DNA of 64,000 nucleotides from Raillietiella orientalis (taxonomy: Eukaryota): assembly GCA_036172245.1 (NCBI GenBank), contig JAYWIR010000004.1:4526001-4590000 (forward strand). Reading direction: 5' to 3'. Numbering within the stretch: position 1 is the stretch's first letter; each line of letters begins with the position of its first letter. Positions 1 to 9,420 of this stretch are shown here, piece after piece. Made by a program: the position numbers and the translations under genes. The notes beneath the pieces were generated by a model. That model did no database searches. It was not told the DNA's origin and saw nothing but the letters and a program-made list of their open reading frames with translations.

Positions 1-165
1 ACGTAGTGTAAGGCCCCACTAATGGCTAACATTTAGCAGGACCTGCTGGAACGACAGTACACAGACCAGCGTGTCTCCTCGGCAGTGGAGGGAGATGGGA
101 AAAAAAAAAAAAGAGTCTGAAGGGCCAGGAAGGGATCACTGACCACTGAAAGGAGGGTCATCAGC
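1..165 (-). mobile_element. Tx1/L1-like LINE 3' UTR fragment (runs off the window edge)
   Basis: Diverged parallel copy of 435-630. Shared blocks: 'tctcctcggcag(t/c)ggaggg', an A-rich tract, then 'agggcc(a/g)ggaagggatcac'. Confidence 0.7.
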
Positions 166-169
166 GGCC

Positions 170-390
170 AGACGCCGAAGTGGCAAGTCTCCTGTCGGAT
201 CGCAGGCAGGGAGAAGAAGATAAGAGGTTGGACTATGAAAGAACTGGCGGATGCCACGACCCCGTGTGTCCTTCTGCGAGGAATTTTAAGATGGGGCGAG
301 CTGCTGGGCATCCAGACGGATGACCTGAAGTGGTCCCCAGTGCTAAACGGATCCAGGATTCTCCCCCAGGGGATCCAGGACGAGGGGGAG
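170..390 (+). pseudogene. Tx1-like ORF2 C-terminal fragment, inverted relative to its neighbours
   Basis: ORF 235..498 MKELADATTPCVLLRGILRWGELLGIQTDDLKWSP aligns with the minus-strand MKELADAATSSVHPRGIQRWSELLGNPADDLEWPP in ORF 924..1673. Confidence 0.8.
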
Positions 391-578
391 TTTTCACCCG
401 GTCACGCCGGGGCGTTTATTGATAAACACTTTACATTTGCGGTACTAGGCCCCGCTACGGCCAATATTTCATGGGACCAGCCAGGAAGCCGGTTCTGAGG
501 CCGGCTTGTCTCTCCTCGGCAGCGGAGGGGATGGAGGGTAAAACAAAAAGAAAAATAAATGAAATAAACAAAAAGAAA

Positions 579-2500
579 CTATTTGGAGGGCCGGGAAGGG
601 ATCACAGCCTGCTGGAGGAGGGGACCATCCTTTCCAGGATGCCCTCGAGGTCCATCGTCATAGCTCCCAGATGGGACCAGCCGATCGCGATTCGCAGGTA
701 GCGACCCGCGTGTACGATGGGTCCCTATCGCTGCTTCCTCTGTTGGCTGCTCTCCACGCAGCCACAATCCTTCGGAGGCAGCAGAGCGCTGCCAGGGCTG
801 AGGCTGGTTGCAGGGCGTCTCGCACGAAGAGGAGGCGCACAGCGTCTCTGGGGGGGTTGCCGACCGGCATCCGGAGGGTCGTAGCAAAACGTTCCCACAA
901 GGGCCGGAGGGCAGCGCAGTCCACTAACAGATGGGGGAGGGATTCCTTCTCCCCGCACACTGCACAGTTCTGTCCCACGTTCCCCAACGTCCAGTGGTGG
1001 CGGCGCGCATTGCAGGGAAGACCCCAGTGCAACAACAGCAGCGCCGTTTCCTGCAACTTGAGGGGAGAGTGGATGAGTCTCTGAACAACGGGGGCCACTC
1101 TAGGTCATCCGCCGGGTTGCCAAGCAGCTCGCTCCATCTCTGTATTCCACGCGGGTGAACGCTTGAGGTCGCGGCGTCTGCCAGTTCCTTCATGGTCCAC
1201 CCACTTAGATCCTTCTCCTTGCCCGCTATCTGGCAGGAGACTTGCCATCTCGGCTTCCGGCTGTTTTGAAGCGCCCTTCGTAGGAAGGGCAGCACCGTGG
1301 CCAGTGGGGTCGTCTCCGCCCAAGTGCTTCTGGCGGGACACACGATCATGTTCCGCAGCGTGCAGCGGGTGTAGATGCCGGGACGCAGGCGGCTGCAGGA
1401 TTCTCCACTGATGTCGTTTAACTTTGCCCACGTTCCAACTGTTTCTTCCAGCCATGCGCTGGAGTTGGCGGGGCTGCATACCATCCAGCCGTTCTCCTTA
1501 ACCAGTGTGGCCATGTGTCCGAGGAGAAGGCCGCATCTTCCGGTCTTCCGGCCGGGGCACCGCCAACCACCGGCGGACGTCCCGGAAATCGAGGTGCCAA
1601 CCGTGTTCCCTTCGTTCGCTCTTCTCCGCTGGAATTTGAACCAGGTGTTCGCGAAAAGCAGGTTGGCGTCCATGCTCCGCCTGGGAACAGCGTAAGTCTG
1701 TTCCGGGCTGATGTTTTTCTCTACCCTTCCTAATCGCTCCGACCAAAGTTTCGCCAGCTACTTGGCGTCTTGGCCGTAGTAAGGCCTGGTACCACGAATT
1801 GTGGAGAATTTATAATAAACCCCCCGGTGTGACCGGGTGACAACCAGCTACTTGGCGTCCGCGTTCAACACGGTGATCGGACGCCAGTTGCTGAGGTTCC
1901 GTAAGTCCCTCCCTTCGGGAGGAGACGCATCCGTGCCGATCGGAAGGAGACGGGAACGTCGCCTGTCTTTCAAATCAGCAGCGTTAAGCGCTGCACCAGG
2001 GGGGTCAGCTCTGCCGCGAAGCATTGGACCAACTCCGCGGGCAGGCCATCTTCCCCGAATTCCCTCCGTCTCTTCAGCTTCCCGATTGCGTTGATGATTC
2101 CACCCTTCGTGAAAGGCTCGTCGAGGCATGCTGTCTCCTCTTCACCGATCGCTGTGGCGCCTTCCGGAAGCAAGAACCGAGAGATGCCCCATAGGTGCCC
2201 TAGCGTACAGGAAGGACTAATGACTGTGCACTAGGCACTTTACCGCCTCAGGGTTCGAGCGCTCCTGACGTCGTCGTCCAGCAGGTTGGCCGACCCCGAT
2301 TGCCAGGTTTCCCTCACGGCCTCAACTATGTACTCTGCTAGTCGGCGGATGTCCCGTGTTCGGGTGTATCAGCGAGAGTGGAAGTACACTCTTTTGTTCC
2401 GAACACCCTCGCCGAATCCTCTTGAGAGACGGTCCAGGGGGGAACGCTCGCAGAACTCTCGGACTGAGACCTTCAAATCGTCCTGACATATTGAGCCAGT
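579..2500 (-). pseudogene. Tx1-like ORF2 remnant (linker, RT N-half, C-terminal CCHC domain); endonuclease and YADD region missing
   Basis: ORFs 1970..2173 (EPFTKGGIINAIGKLKRRREFGEDGLPAE), 1848..2129 (NWRPITVLNADAK), 924..1673 and 658..1098 (LLHWGLPCN...CAVC...HLLVDC). Confidence 0.85.
1770..1843 (+). mobile_element. 74-bp 5'-truncated Tx1-like LINE 3' end inserted antisense into the RT of element 1
   Basis: Matches the reverse complement of 395-465. Flanked by an exact 16-bp direct repeat CCAGCTACTTGGCGTC (1754-1769, 1844-1859) that splits the NADAK/LAK RT motif. Confidence 0.9.
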
Positions 2501-2559
2501 CCCTCGGAAGTCGCCATTCCTGCGAGGCGGGAGGGGGTCTCTTGTCATGCGGGAGAATC

Positions 2560-3870
2560 TCAAGTTCCATCCGGGAGGTGTTGGAGAGCGTAGACGGCAT
2601 CTCTCCTCGCCTCCCCAAGGCAGGTGGCGAGTCCTGGAATTACTGCTGGGAAAGTGATGCTGCGACTCCCCCCTCCGATTCGAGCGGGGTGCTTCTTGGA
2701 GACCCTGCAGCTGGGGGCACCTCAGCAACCCCCTTCGCCTCCATAGGCTCCTCCGCGTCCGCGCGTGGAAGAGTATCAGGAGACGAGTCCTGAGCTCCCA
2801 CCTTCGCCGCATCCCCGATTCCCCTTCCTCGGAAGAGTCGATCCTCCTGAGATTCTTGAACTTCCGTCCAGGCTCCCTCAGGGATGCAGACGCGGATATT
2901 GAGCTTTCGACCACCGGTTCGGACTCTGAGGTCTCGGACCCCTTCCTAAGGACCGGACGTCTGTCGGCCTTCTTGGCTGTCTTGGCGGACTGTCGTAACA
3001 TGGCGGCCAGCTCCTCTGTCGCTTTGGCGAAGGCTGCGTCCTCGCGGCTCTCTCCCTCACCACAACCCTGACGGACTGTTTTCACCGTCGCGGAGCTGTC
3101 GGAGTTGCACACGGCAACGTCCATTTTTCAGGGCTTCTCGGCGATGGGAATGCACCGCAGGTTAAGCGCGCATTTTTGAAGTTCTTAAATCGCGTTTTTC
3201 GCTGTTTCTTTGGAAATAGATTTTTTTTTTCTTATTTTTCCTTTTGTAACTGACCATTTTCCAGGTTCCACTCCTTCCACTTCGGTAGTCTGCGTTCACA
3301 TAGGCGGAGTGGTCGACGTGGCCTTTTCGGCTGGCTTCAGGTCAGTCTTCCTATCGTTCTTTGACCTGGCTCTGCCAGATTTTTCCTCGTCCGAGCTTGT
3401 TTTGCTGCTCGCAGCAGCCGGACTGCGCGGAACTTTTTGGGGAACACTTCGGTGTGTACCTCTGTTTCGCAATGGTGACATGCGATGTTGGAGCATCTTT
3501 TTTTGAGGTGCCCCGTGGTTTCGCAATTGTCGCAGTACTTGAGCTTCTCCAAGTACCAGAGGTCGATGGGGTTCTCCAGCGACCACCAGTTTATGGGAAA
3601 GCCCTACGTTCTTTGCCACCGTGATGCGCACCGCGGCGAGCCCGCTAAGAATCCCGTCAAATTAGCGAAATCTGTTGGGATTTGCCCATAGCGCGTGGAC
3701 GGTACCGAATTTTTGGAGTTCTTCCCGTACGGCGCTTGGTGGAATCCGTACGGTAAGGCCCCTTAGGTGGACCATGATGGAGTCGTCCACCGGAAAGGGA
3801 AAGACCTGGAGGTCCTCAATCTTCACGGGGGTTCGCAGTAGTCTCTGTGCTAGACTATGTCCGCTCCATT
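2560..3870 (-). pseudogene. Tx1-like ORF1 (gag-like RRM + CCHC zinc knuckles + charged low-complexity tail), frameshifted
   Basis: VHLRGLTVRIPPSAVREELQKFGTVHAL (about 3690-3775) is RRM-like. CDNCETTGHLKKRC is a CX2CX4HX4C knuckle, followed by CHHCETEVH (ORF 3337..3552). An S/E/K/R-rich tail lies in ORFs 3296..3631 and 2369..3124. Confidence 0.85.
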
Positions 3871-4029
3871 AAACAACTAGAGAGGTGCCTGTGAAGGCTC
3901 CTGATCCATCTTGAAACCGGAGGGGTTTCCTCGGTGTGGGGGGTGCTCTCTCCGTTGTATGCCTACTTGCAGGTCAGCTCTACGTGCTGACTCCCACTTC
4001 TGATCGTGAGCGCGCTCAGGTTCAATCTG

Positions 4030-7000
4030 CACAGTTCCTTCTCGAAGGAATGCGCAGTGCTCTCATCGAAAACCCTGACAGCTTGTAGAGTATGATAGGG
4101 TTGTATCCGCAGGCATGGGCCTCGGCCTCGACCATGGCCGCTGCAAAGGGTGCAGTGACCACGGCGCTATATTCCCTCGCCGGTGCAAGAAATGAAGCAT
4201 CGGGAGCAGATGCCCTAAACTTCATGGGTACGAGGGACGATCTTTCAACGTTCTCCTGACACCTTTTTGTGGTGAATTCAGGCACTTCTGCCTTCCCTCC
4301 ACCACTGAAGCCAGGCGACAACACCATAAAGCCGAGAGTCGGGAGCGCTAACAAAACACGTCCGCGTACGAACGCGGCACGACGCGACCTTGAAGTTTGT
4401 GTACCCAAAACGACTCGTTAGCGACGTTGCAGGCTCCAGACCGAAAGAGGCAAAGCGAGAAAAAGAATGGAAGCAAAGGCAGGAAACAAAGGTGTGCAGC
4501 GCAGTCAAAACAGACTTCATCTCAACAAACTTTTCAAAGTGGAGAAGAAATGTTCGATGAAGATGGATGACCATGGTAACATCAGAAAAGAAATGGAAAA
4601 AACCGCAGAAAAGTCGCGGTAACGCTAAGTAGCCGCAACATTGCAAGGCGATGCTTCAGCAGATCAGCGCTATCCAGACTACGATCGAAAATGCCGTGAA
4701 CGCTGCCATGGATCGAGGAGGGAAACGAAGGGCGTCGCAGCACTGATGTCATCTCTTCGGACAAGATAGTGATGCAAACTCTTTCGAAAATAAAGGCCTC
4801 CAAGGAAACGGCTGTGAGGCGTTCCCGCGGAGGAAAACCCCAGCATGGCTTCCGACTCCGACCTGGAGAAGGTAAGCATCAGCGGAGACGAGGAAGCAAC
4901 GGAGACCACCTCAGAGAGGTACGGGGCCACGAGGAAGAGTGCATTCCACCAGAGGAAAGATGCATTACCTTGAGGTACCGAGAGGATTCGGCTTGGTTCC
5001 CGGGAGTCCTCCTCGGAAAAGATCCTCCGTCCCACAAGAACCAGTCTCGCGAAGGACCAGAATCTCGGAAGCTATGAAGAGCGAATGGTTGGTGAAAGCA
5101 GGTGTGCGGAGAACCCACTTGACGGAGGGATATCCCCCTGCTTTCAGGAAGAGTTAGAGGCCAGCTTAACCTGGTTAACGTGTTGTGCGCAGCAACGCAC
5201 GTGCACATGCAACTGGTTGATTGAGGTCATCGGCATGGATAACACCAACGATCACTCCTTCCTCGACGACCACCTGCGCTCGCAAGTCGGTTATCATAGA
5301 AAGGCGCAAACGACGCTGTCGGACTACGAACGAATTGGCTGGAAATACCCCCACGTGGGAAAGGTCCTTCTTCCAACTCGTCGCGCATACCAAGGCATTG
5401 GACCCATCTCCCGCAGGCTGTGTAACACCTCAACTTAGGAGACACGAGACGTCAACGTGCGGAAACTCGAAGAGTGGCACGAGATGAAGCGCTCGGTTCG
5501 AGAGCTCTGGACGTGCTTCCCTGTAGACCTCCTCCCCGCCGGGTTCGGCAAGGAGTGCGCGTCTCGAAGCTCGGTGCTTGCGGAAAACGCGCGACGTTCG
5601 TCGCCTGACCCAGATGAAAGCCAGGGACAAGCGACTAGATTGGCAATCTGGGAAGACGAGCTTAATGACGACCAGGGTTAAGAGAGCTCATCCCCGACAG
5701 AAATACGACGCATTGTGAGCCAATTTTACTCTTCCCTGTACGCGAGAGCACCACCAAGACGAGACATGGGGCAGCGGTTGCTGCCTGAAGGCGTCCCTGC
5801 CATTGGGAAAGAGTCGCGAACACTCTTGGGCGAGCCGCTGACGACAGGAGAGATCATGTCCACCATCGGCAAGCTCAAGAGGAGCAAAGCATGAGAGGAG
5901 CACGGTGTGCCGGCTGAATATTTAATCAGTGTTTCGTGGCAGGACCCTCCGCACTGGTGCATCGGATATGCATGCTGATTCAGGAGACAGGCCAGGTGCC
6001 CGCCTATTTACGATCAGCAAGGGTGCGTGTCCTTCCAAAGAGAGGAGATCCCCTCAACATAAGCAGGTGGCGTCCGATTACCGTGATCATCGCGGACGCC
6101 AAGCCGCTCGCGAAGTCATGAACTGAGAGCCTGAGGCAGTTGGCGAAAACGTCTGTCAGTCCGGAGCAGACGTACGCTGTTCCCGCACGAAACACGGAAA
6201 CGAACCTGTTGCTGGTCAGCTCGTGGCTTCTGTTGCAACAAGGAGCTGCTCCAGCCGACCAGAGGAATCCTGAATTCCGAGATAGCAAAGAACGGGGAAG
6301 CCACGTTAAGTCGGGGGTCTCGGCTGCCTTTTCTGTCGCACTCGATTTGCAGAAAGCATTCGACTTGGAGCTGCTTTTGGAACTTCTGGAACTCAAGGGA
6401 TTTCCTGACCAGCCTGCGCTCCTGTTGGAGCAATGCAATGATTAATCTGCTTTTCATTGGCCTACACGTGGACGGCGTACAGTTGCGGCGCGGGATTCGG
6501 CAAGGACACAGATTGAGCCGTTGCTCTTCATCATCTACTTCGACTTGATGCTGAAAACGTACGGCACAACTCTTGCTGCCCTTGCTAGCTGGTGCCTCGA
6601 CACGCCTGCCGTCGCGGGAAAAAAGAAGCAACTGGGATTCTGGACGGCGCGCCAACTGGAGGATGTAGGCACTCCTGACGCTCTTCCCAGAGGAATTCGT
6701 CGCTGGGAGCAACTTCTGGTCATTCCCTTAGAAGAAGCAGGGACTTCCCCAGGGTTTGTGGATAGCGCCGCTCTTCCCCTGGAGCGGCAGGACTCGGCAT
6801 TGTACTTGTCTCACTGGGCGATCCCATGCAACTCACGAGTCCACTAGTGAACGAGGGGGAGTGTGGCCCTACACTGTGCCAGGTGCGGAGGGAGGGAAAC
6901 CTTCCCGCACCTGGCTGTTGCTCTCATGAATGTCAGGGAACGCTTCGCTGCGGTCCTCCACTCCCGGTTCACAACGGCAGAGAGATTTTGCGGTGCCTCT

Positions 7001-7482
7001 ACACGCGCGACTCGATGTTGCCTGCAGCTTCCTCCCTCGCCTCTCCGTGCTGCCTTCGTGGGATCGTGGCGGCTAGATGCTGCGCCGAAGGGGCCAGTCT
7101 AGCGGTGAGCTCATCCCAGTCGTCTGCTCTTCCATGAGGAGGGCGGCAAGATGACCGTGTCTCTGCCAACAAAAGAAGGAAATTAGGAACATCCTCTAGA
7201 GGAGGCTGAGGGCGCCGGGAAAAAAAATCTTCGAGCCCTTCCCTTCCCTCTCAAATTTTCTTAAACTCTACTTTTGTGTATGTTTGTTTTTATTTTTATT
7301 GTTTGCCCCTTTTCCTGCTTCTTTCTTGTCCCTTTTCCCCACTTCTCCGTGGAATTTCCCTTCGCAGTGGTTATGTGAAGTCGTCACGAAGAGTGGCACT
7401 TTGATATCTTGTGACTATTTTTTTGTAAAAAATTTCCTTTTTTTTTTTTTGCAAGAAATGCACCGGCGTAACCGGGTGAAAA
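4030..7482 (+). mobile_element. Tx1/L1-clade LINE, decayed (element A)
   Basis: RT motifs: EPLTTGEIMSTIGKLKRSKA, GDPLNISRWRPITVIIADAK (5936..6121), SPEQTYAVP, VALDLQKAFD and RRGIRQG..LFIIYFD. C-terminal: LSHWAIPCN and CARCGGRETFPHL. The T-rich 3' UTR ends CACCGG-CGTAA-CCGGGTGAAAA (7461-7482). The 5' part is a weakly supported ORF1/EN remnant. Confidence 0.85.
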
Positions 7483-8197
7483 TGGAGGATCCACACCAGG
7501 AAATGGACGCGTCGGGGTTGCAGGTGGTCCCCACAGGGTGGCGCTGGCTGGTCTGTCGACTTCGGATGAGACATTGGTGGGATCGGGGAGCCCCGGATGT
7601 CCTGTGGACTACCGGGATTGGAAGCTGACCGTCCGGGATCCTTCCAAGGAACAAGAAGCCGTTTTTCTTCCGAGTTCCTCTTCGATCGTGAAAATGAAGC
7701 CGTCCCCTTCCCCATTTTTCGTGGGGGAATCCATGGAGTCATCCACCACCGCGTTTCATGGATGTGGCTGGTTCTTCTCCAGAGTGCTACAGAAGCGTGC
7801 TGCTCGCTTCTGGCGCCACCCTACCTAGAAATTGGTAGCGTCCCTTCGGGGTCGTATTCAGAGGAGCAAACATGGAGCGTTGCGGTTCCCTTCGGAGAAG
7901 AAATTCCAGGAGAGGAACCTTTCCGGGTTCCCTTCGGTGAAGACATGAGAGGCGTTTCTCTCCGGGGGTCCCCCTGGAAAGAACAAGGAAAGTGTTCCCT
8001 TTGCGGTTCGCTACCCAATGTTAAGAGGAACGGAGTCCTTCCTCCAGGGCTATTCTTGATTTGTATGGTGGTCTTCTCCCCGGGTACCCGGATCTTGGAG
8101 AGTCACTCGCCCCCTCGGGTGACGTGGACCGTGTCAAGAAGCTCTGTGAACCCGTCCCTGAGGAGGTGAACGGTTCTTCAGCACTTGGCGAACCAAA
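6980..8197 (+). repeat. Left copy of a 1.2-kb inverted segmental duplication (partner 54160-55377)
   Basis: Reverse-complement match, roughly 98% identical by eye. ORFs 7597..8169(+)/54187..54738(-) and 7371..7742(-)/54614..54985(+) are near-identical. Confidence 0.97.
7483..8123 (+). mobile_element. tRNA-headed SINE-like element, body and tail (head removed at the LINE junction)
   Basis: Starts TGGAGGATCCACACCAGGAAATG, which directly follows the B box in the 56.8-kb copy. Carries ~40-46-bp spaced TCCCTTCGG units (7841, 7887, 7929). Ends in the hairpin GTCACTCG-CCCCCT-CGGGTGAC. Confidence 0.75.
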
Positions 8198-8950
8198 GAA
8201 AAAAAGAAAAAGAGAATAGAAAAAAAAAACAATTCAAGAAAAACACATAAAAAAGATTGCCTTTTGTGTACTGGGATAACTCTCTCCCTTGGCAAGATGC
8301 TGGGGTGCTCATGTGCCTACTTCCTAGGAGAAGATTGTTGAAGTCTTCATGCAACTCTGCTACCTCAGGAGGATTCTCAGTCAAAGCGGGAGATGACTTG
8401 TCAGACCTAAGGGCTTGTCAAGGCGATCTTTCAGTGGAAAACGTTGGTGCTGACTCACAAAACCACGCCCAAAATCCTTGCCCAGAACCCGGGGAAGCGT
8501 AACGAGTTTTTTGGGATTCCCCGTGGATAATAAGATATCCTCTGTTTCCCGACAAACGCCCCCTCCCGTCCTTCCGCTTCTATATCGGCACGCTGCAATC
8601 TAACTGGTGGCACACTGGGACCTCCGTTGAGATGAGGAATCCGACCACTCACCGGTGGGCATGGTTCCCAAAAGGTGACCGTGCTGCATGATAGTGGCAA
8701 TTCTTTTTTTTTTCTTGTGCTTTTGGTATTGCATCAGGTTGCTACAGGGATGGAAACGCATTTGAGAAGCAGCAGTTACAGATATCACACGACGGTCTCC
8801 TCGGCCTGCGATCGGCGTGGATTGGAAGAATCCACTTCGCGTTTGCCTCTGGGCTCGGTACTCTCTCTTCGAATAGGGAGAGCATGTTAAGAGCACCCTC
8901 GTATCCAAAGGACACCTTTAGGGAAATTCTGAGGAGTTTTTTTTGGTCCC
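8198..8950 (-). mobile_element. Diverged Tx1-like ORF2 C-terminus and 3' UTR relic
   Basis: The A-rich tract at 8198-8255 is the reverse complement of the family's T-rich 3' UTR. Weak similarity upstream (GVCRETEDILL, resembling the CxxCxExE motif). Confidence 0.45.
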
Positions 8951-9420
8951 TGAAGAGGCGTCTTTGTCTGCAGCAGTGTGGATCCTGTGCTGCGCTCGCG
9001 CCACGGTGACGTTTCGCCTGCTGAGTAATCTTGAACTCGAGGAAATCTCGAGGGGCTATGCTTCCAGAGAGGCTACAGGCACAAGTGATTGCAATGGCTA
9101 CATCTGAACCACGAGACGAAGAGCGATATGGTCCTCAACCCACAAGGAGTCAGTGACCCTTCCATCTCCTTTATTATTTGTTAATTTTTGTTTATTCGCT
9201 GTCCCCTTTGCTTTGTCACTCCAGACTTCTCTTCCCAGACGCAACTGCACAGGAGGAGGTACCCTCTCTCTGCCCTCTCCCCGCTGTGAAAATCCCAGTG
9301 GAGACACGTGTGCTCCTCCGCAGCAGTTTTTTTTTTCAGGTAGACAAAATACCCGCTGCAACTAGGAGAAAAACTTTTCCCTGTATATGGGCTCTTTGAA
9401 GCCATTAGTACTTCGAGACC
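8950..9420 (+). mobile_element. Diverged Tx1-like 3' UTR relic
   Basis: 'gtgacccttcc' followed by a T-rich tract and 'ggagacacg', as in the other copies' 3' UTRs. Confidence 0.45.

Larger units (their letters stand above)
391..3900 (-). mobile_element. Tx1/L1-clade non-LTR retrotransposon, near full-length but internally deleted and frameshifted (element 1)
   Basis: Contains ORF1 with RRM and zinc knuckles, RT motifs (EDGLPAE, NWRPITVLNADAK, SPEQTYAVP) and a C-terminal CAVCGEKESLPHLLVDC. A T-rich 3' UTR ends in AATAAA plus a stem-loop at 391-420. The 5' limit is approximate. Confidence 0.85.

Noticed and set aside
500..530. HDV-like ribozyme (TCCTCG loop motif)
   Set aside because: P3/P1/P2 pairings cannot be completed, and the motif is antisense to the LINE and lies in its 3' UTR.
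7840..8010. Regularly spaced TCCCTTCGG motifs as a CRISPR-like array
   Set aside because: The motif is only ~9 bp, the 'spacers' are homologous to each other, there are no cas genes, and the context is eukaryotic. It is the SINE's internal tandem array.
7597..8169. 190-aa ORF conserved in two copies (also 54187..54738)
   Set aside because: The conservation reflects the recent segmental duplication. I see no equivalent ORF in the diverged SINE copies and no recognisable domain.
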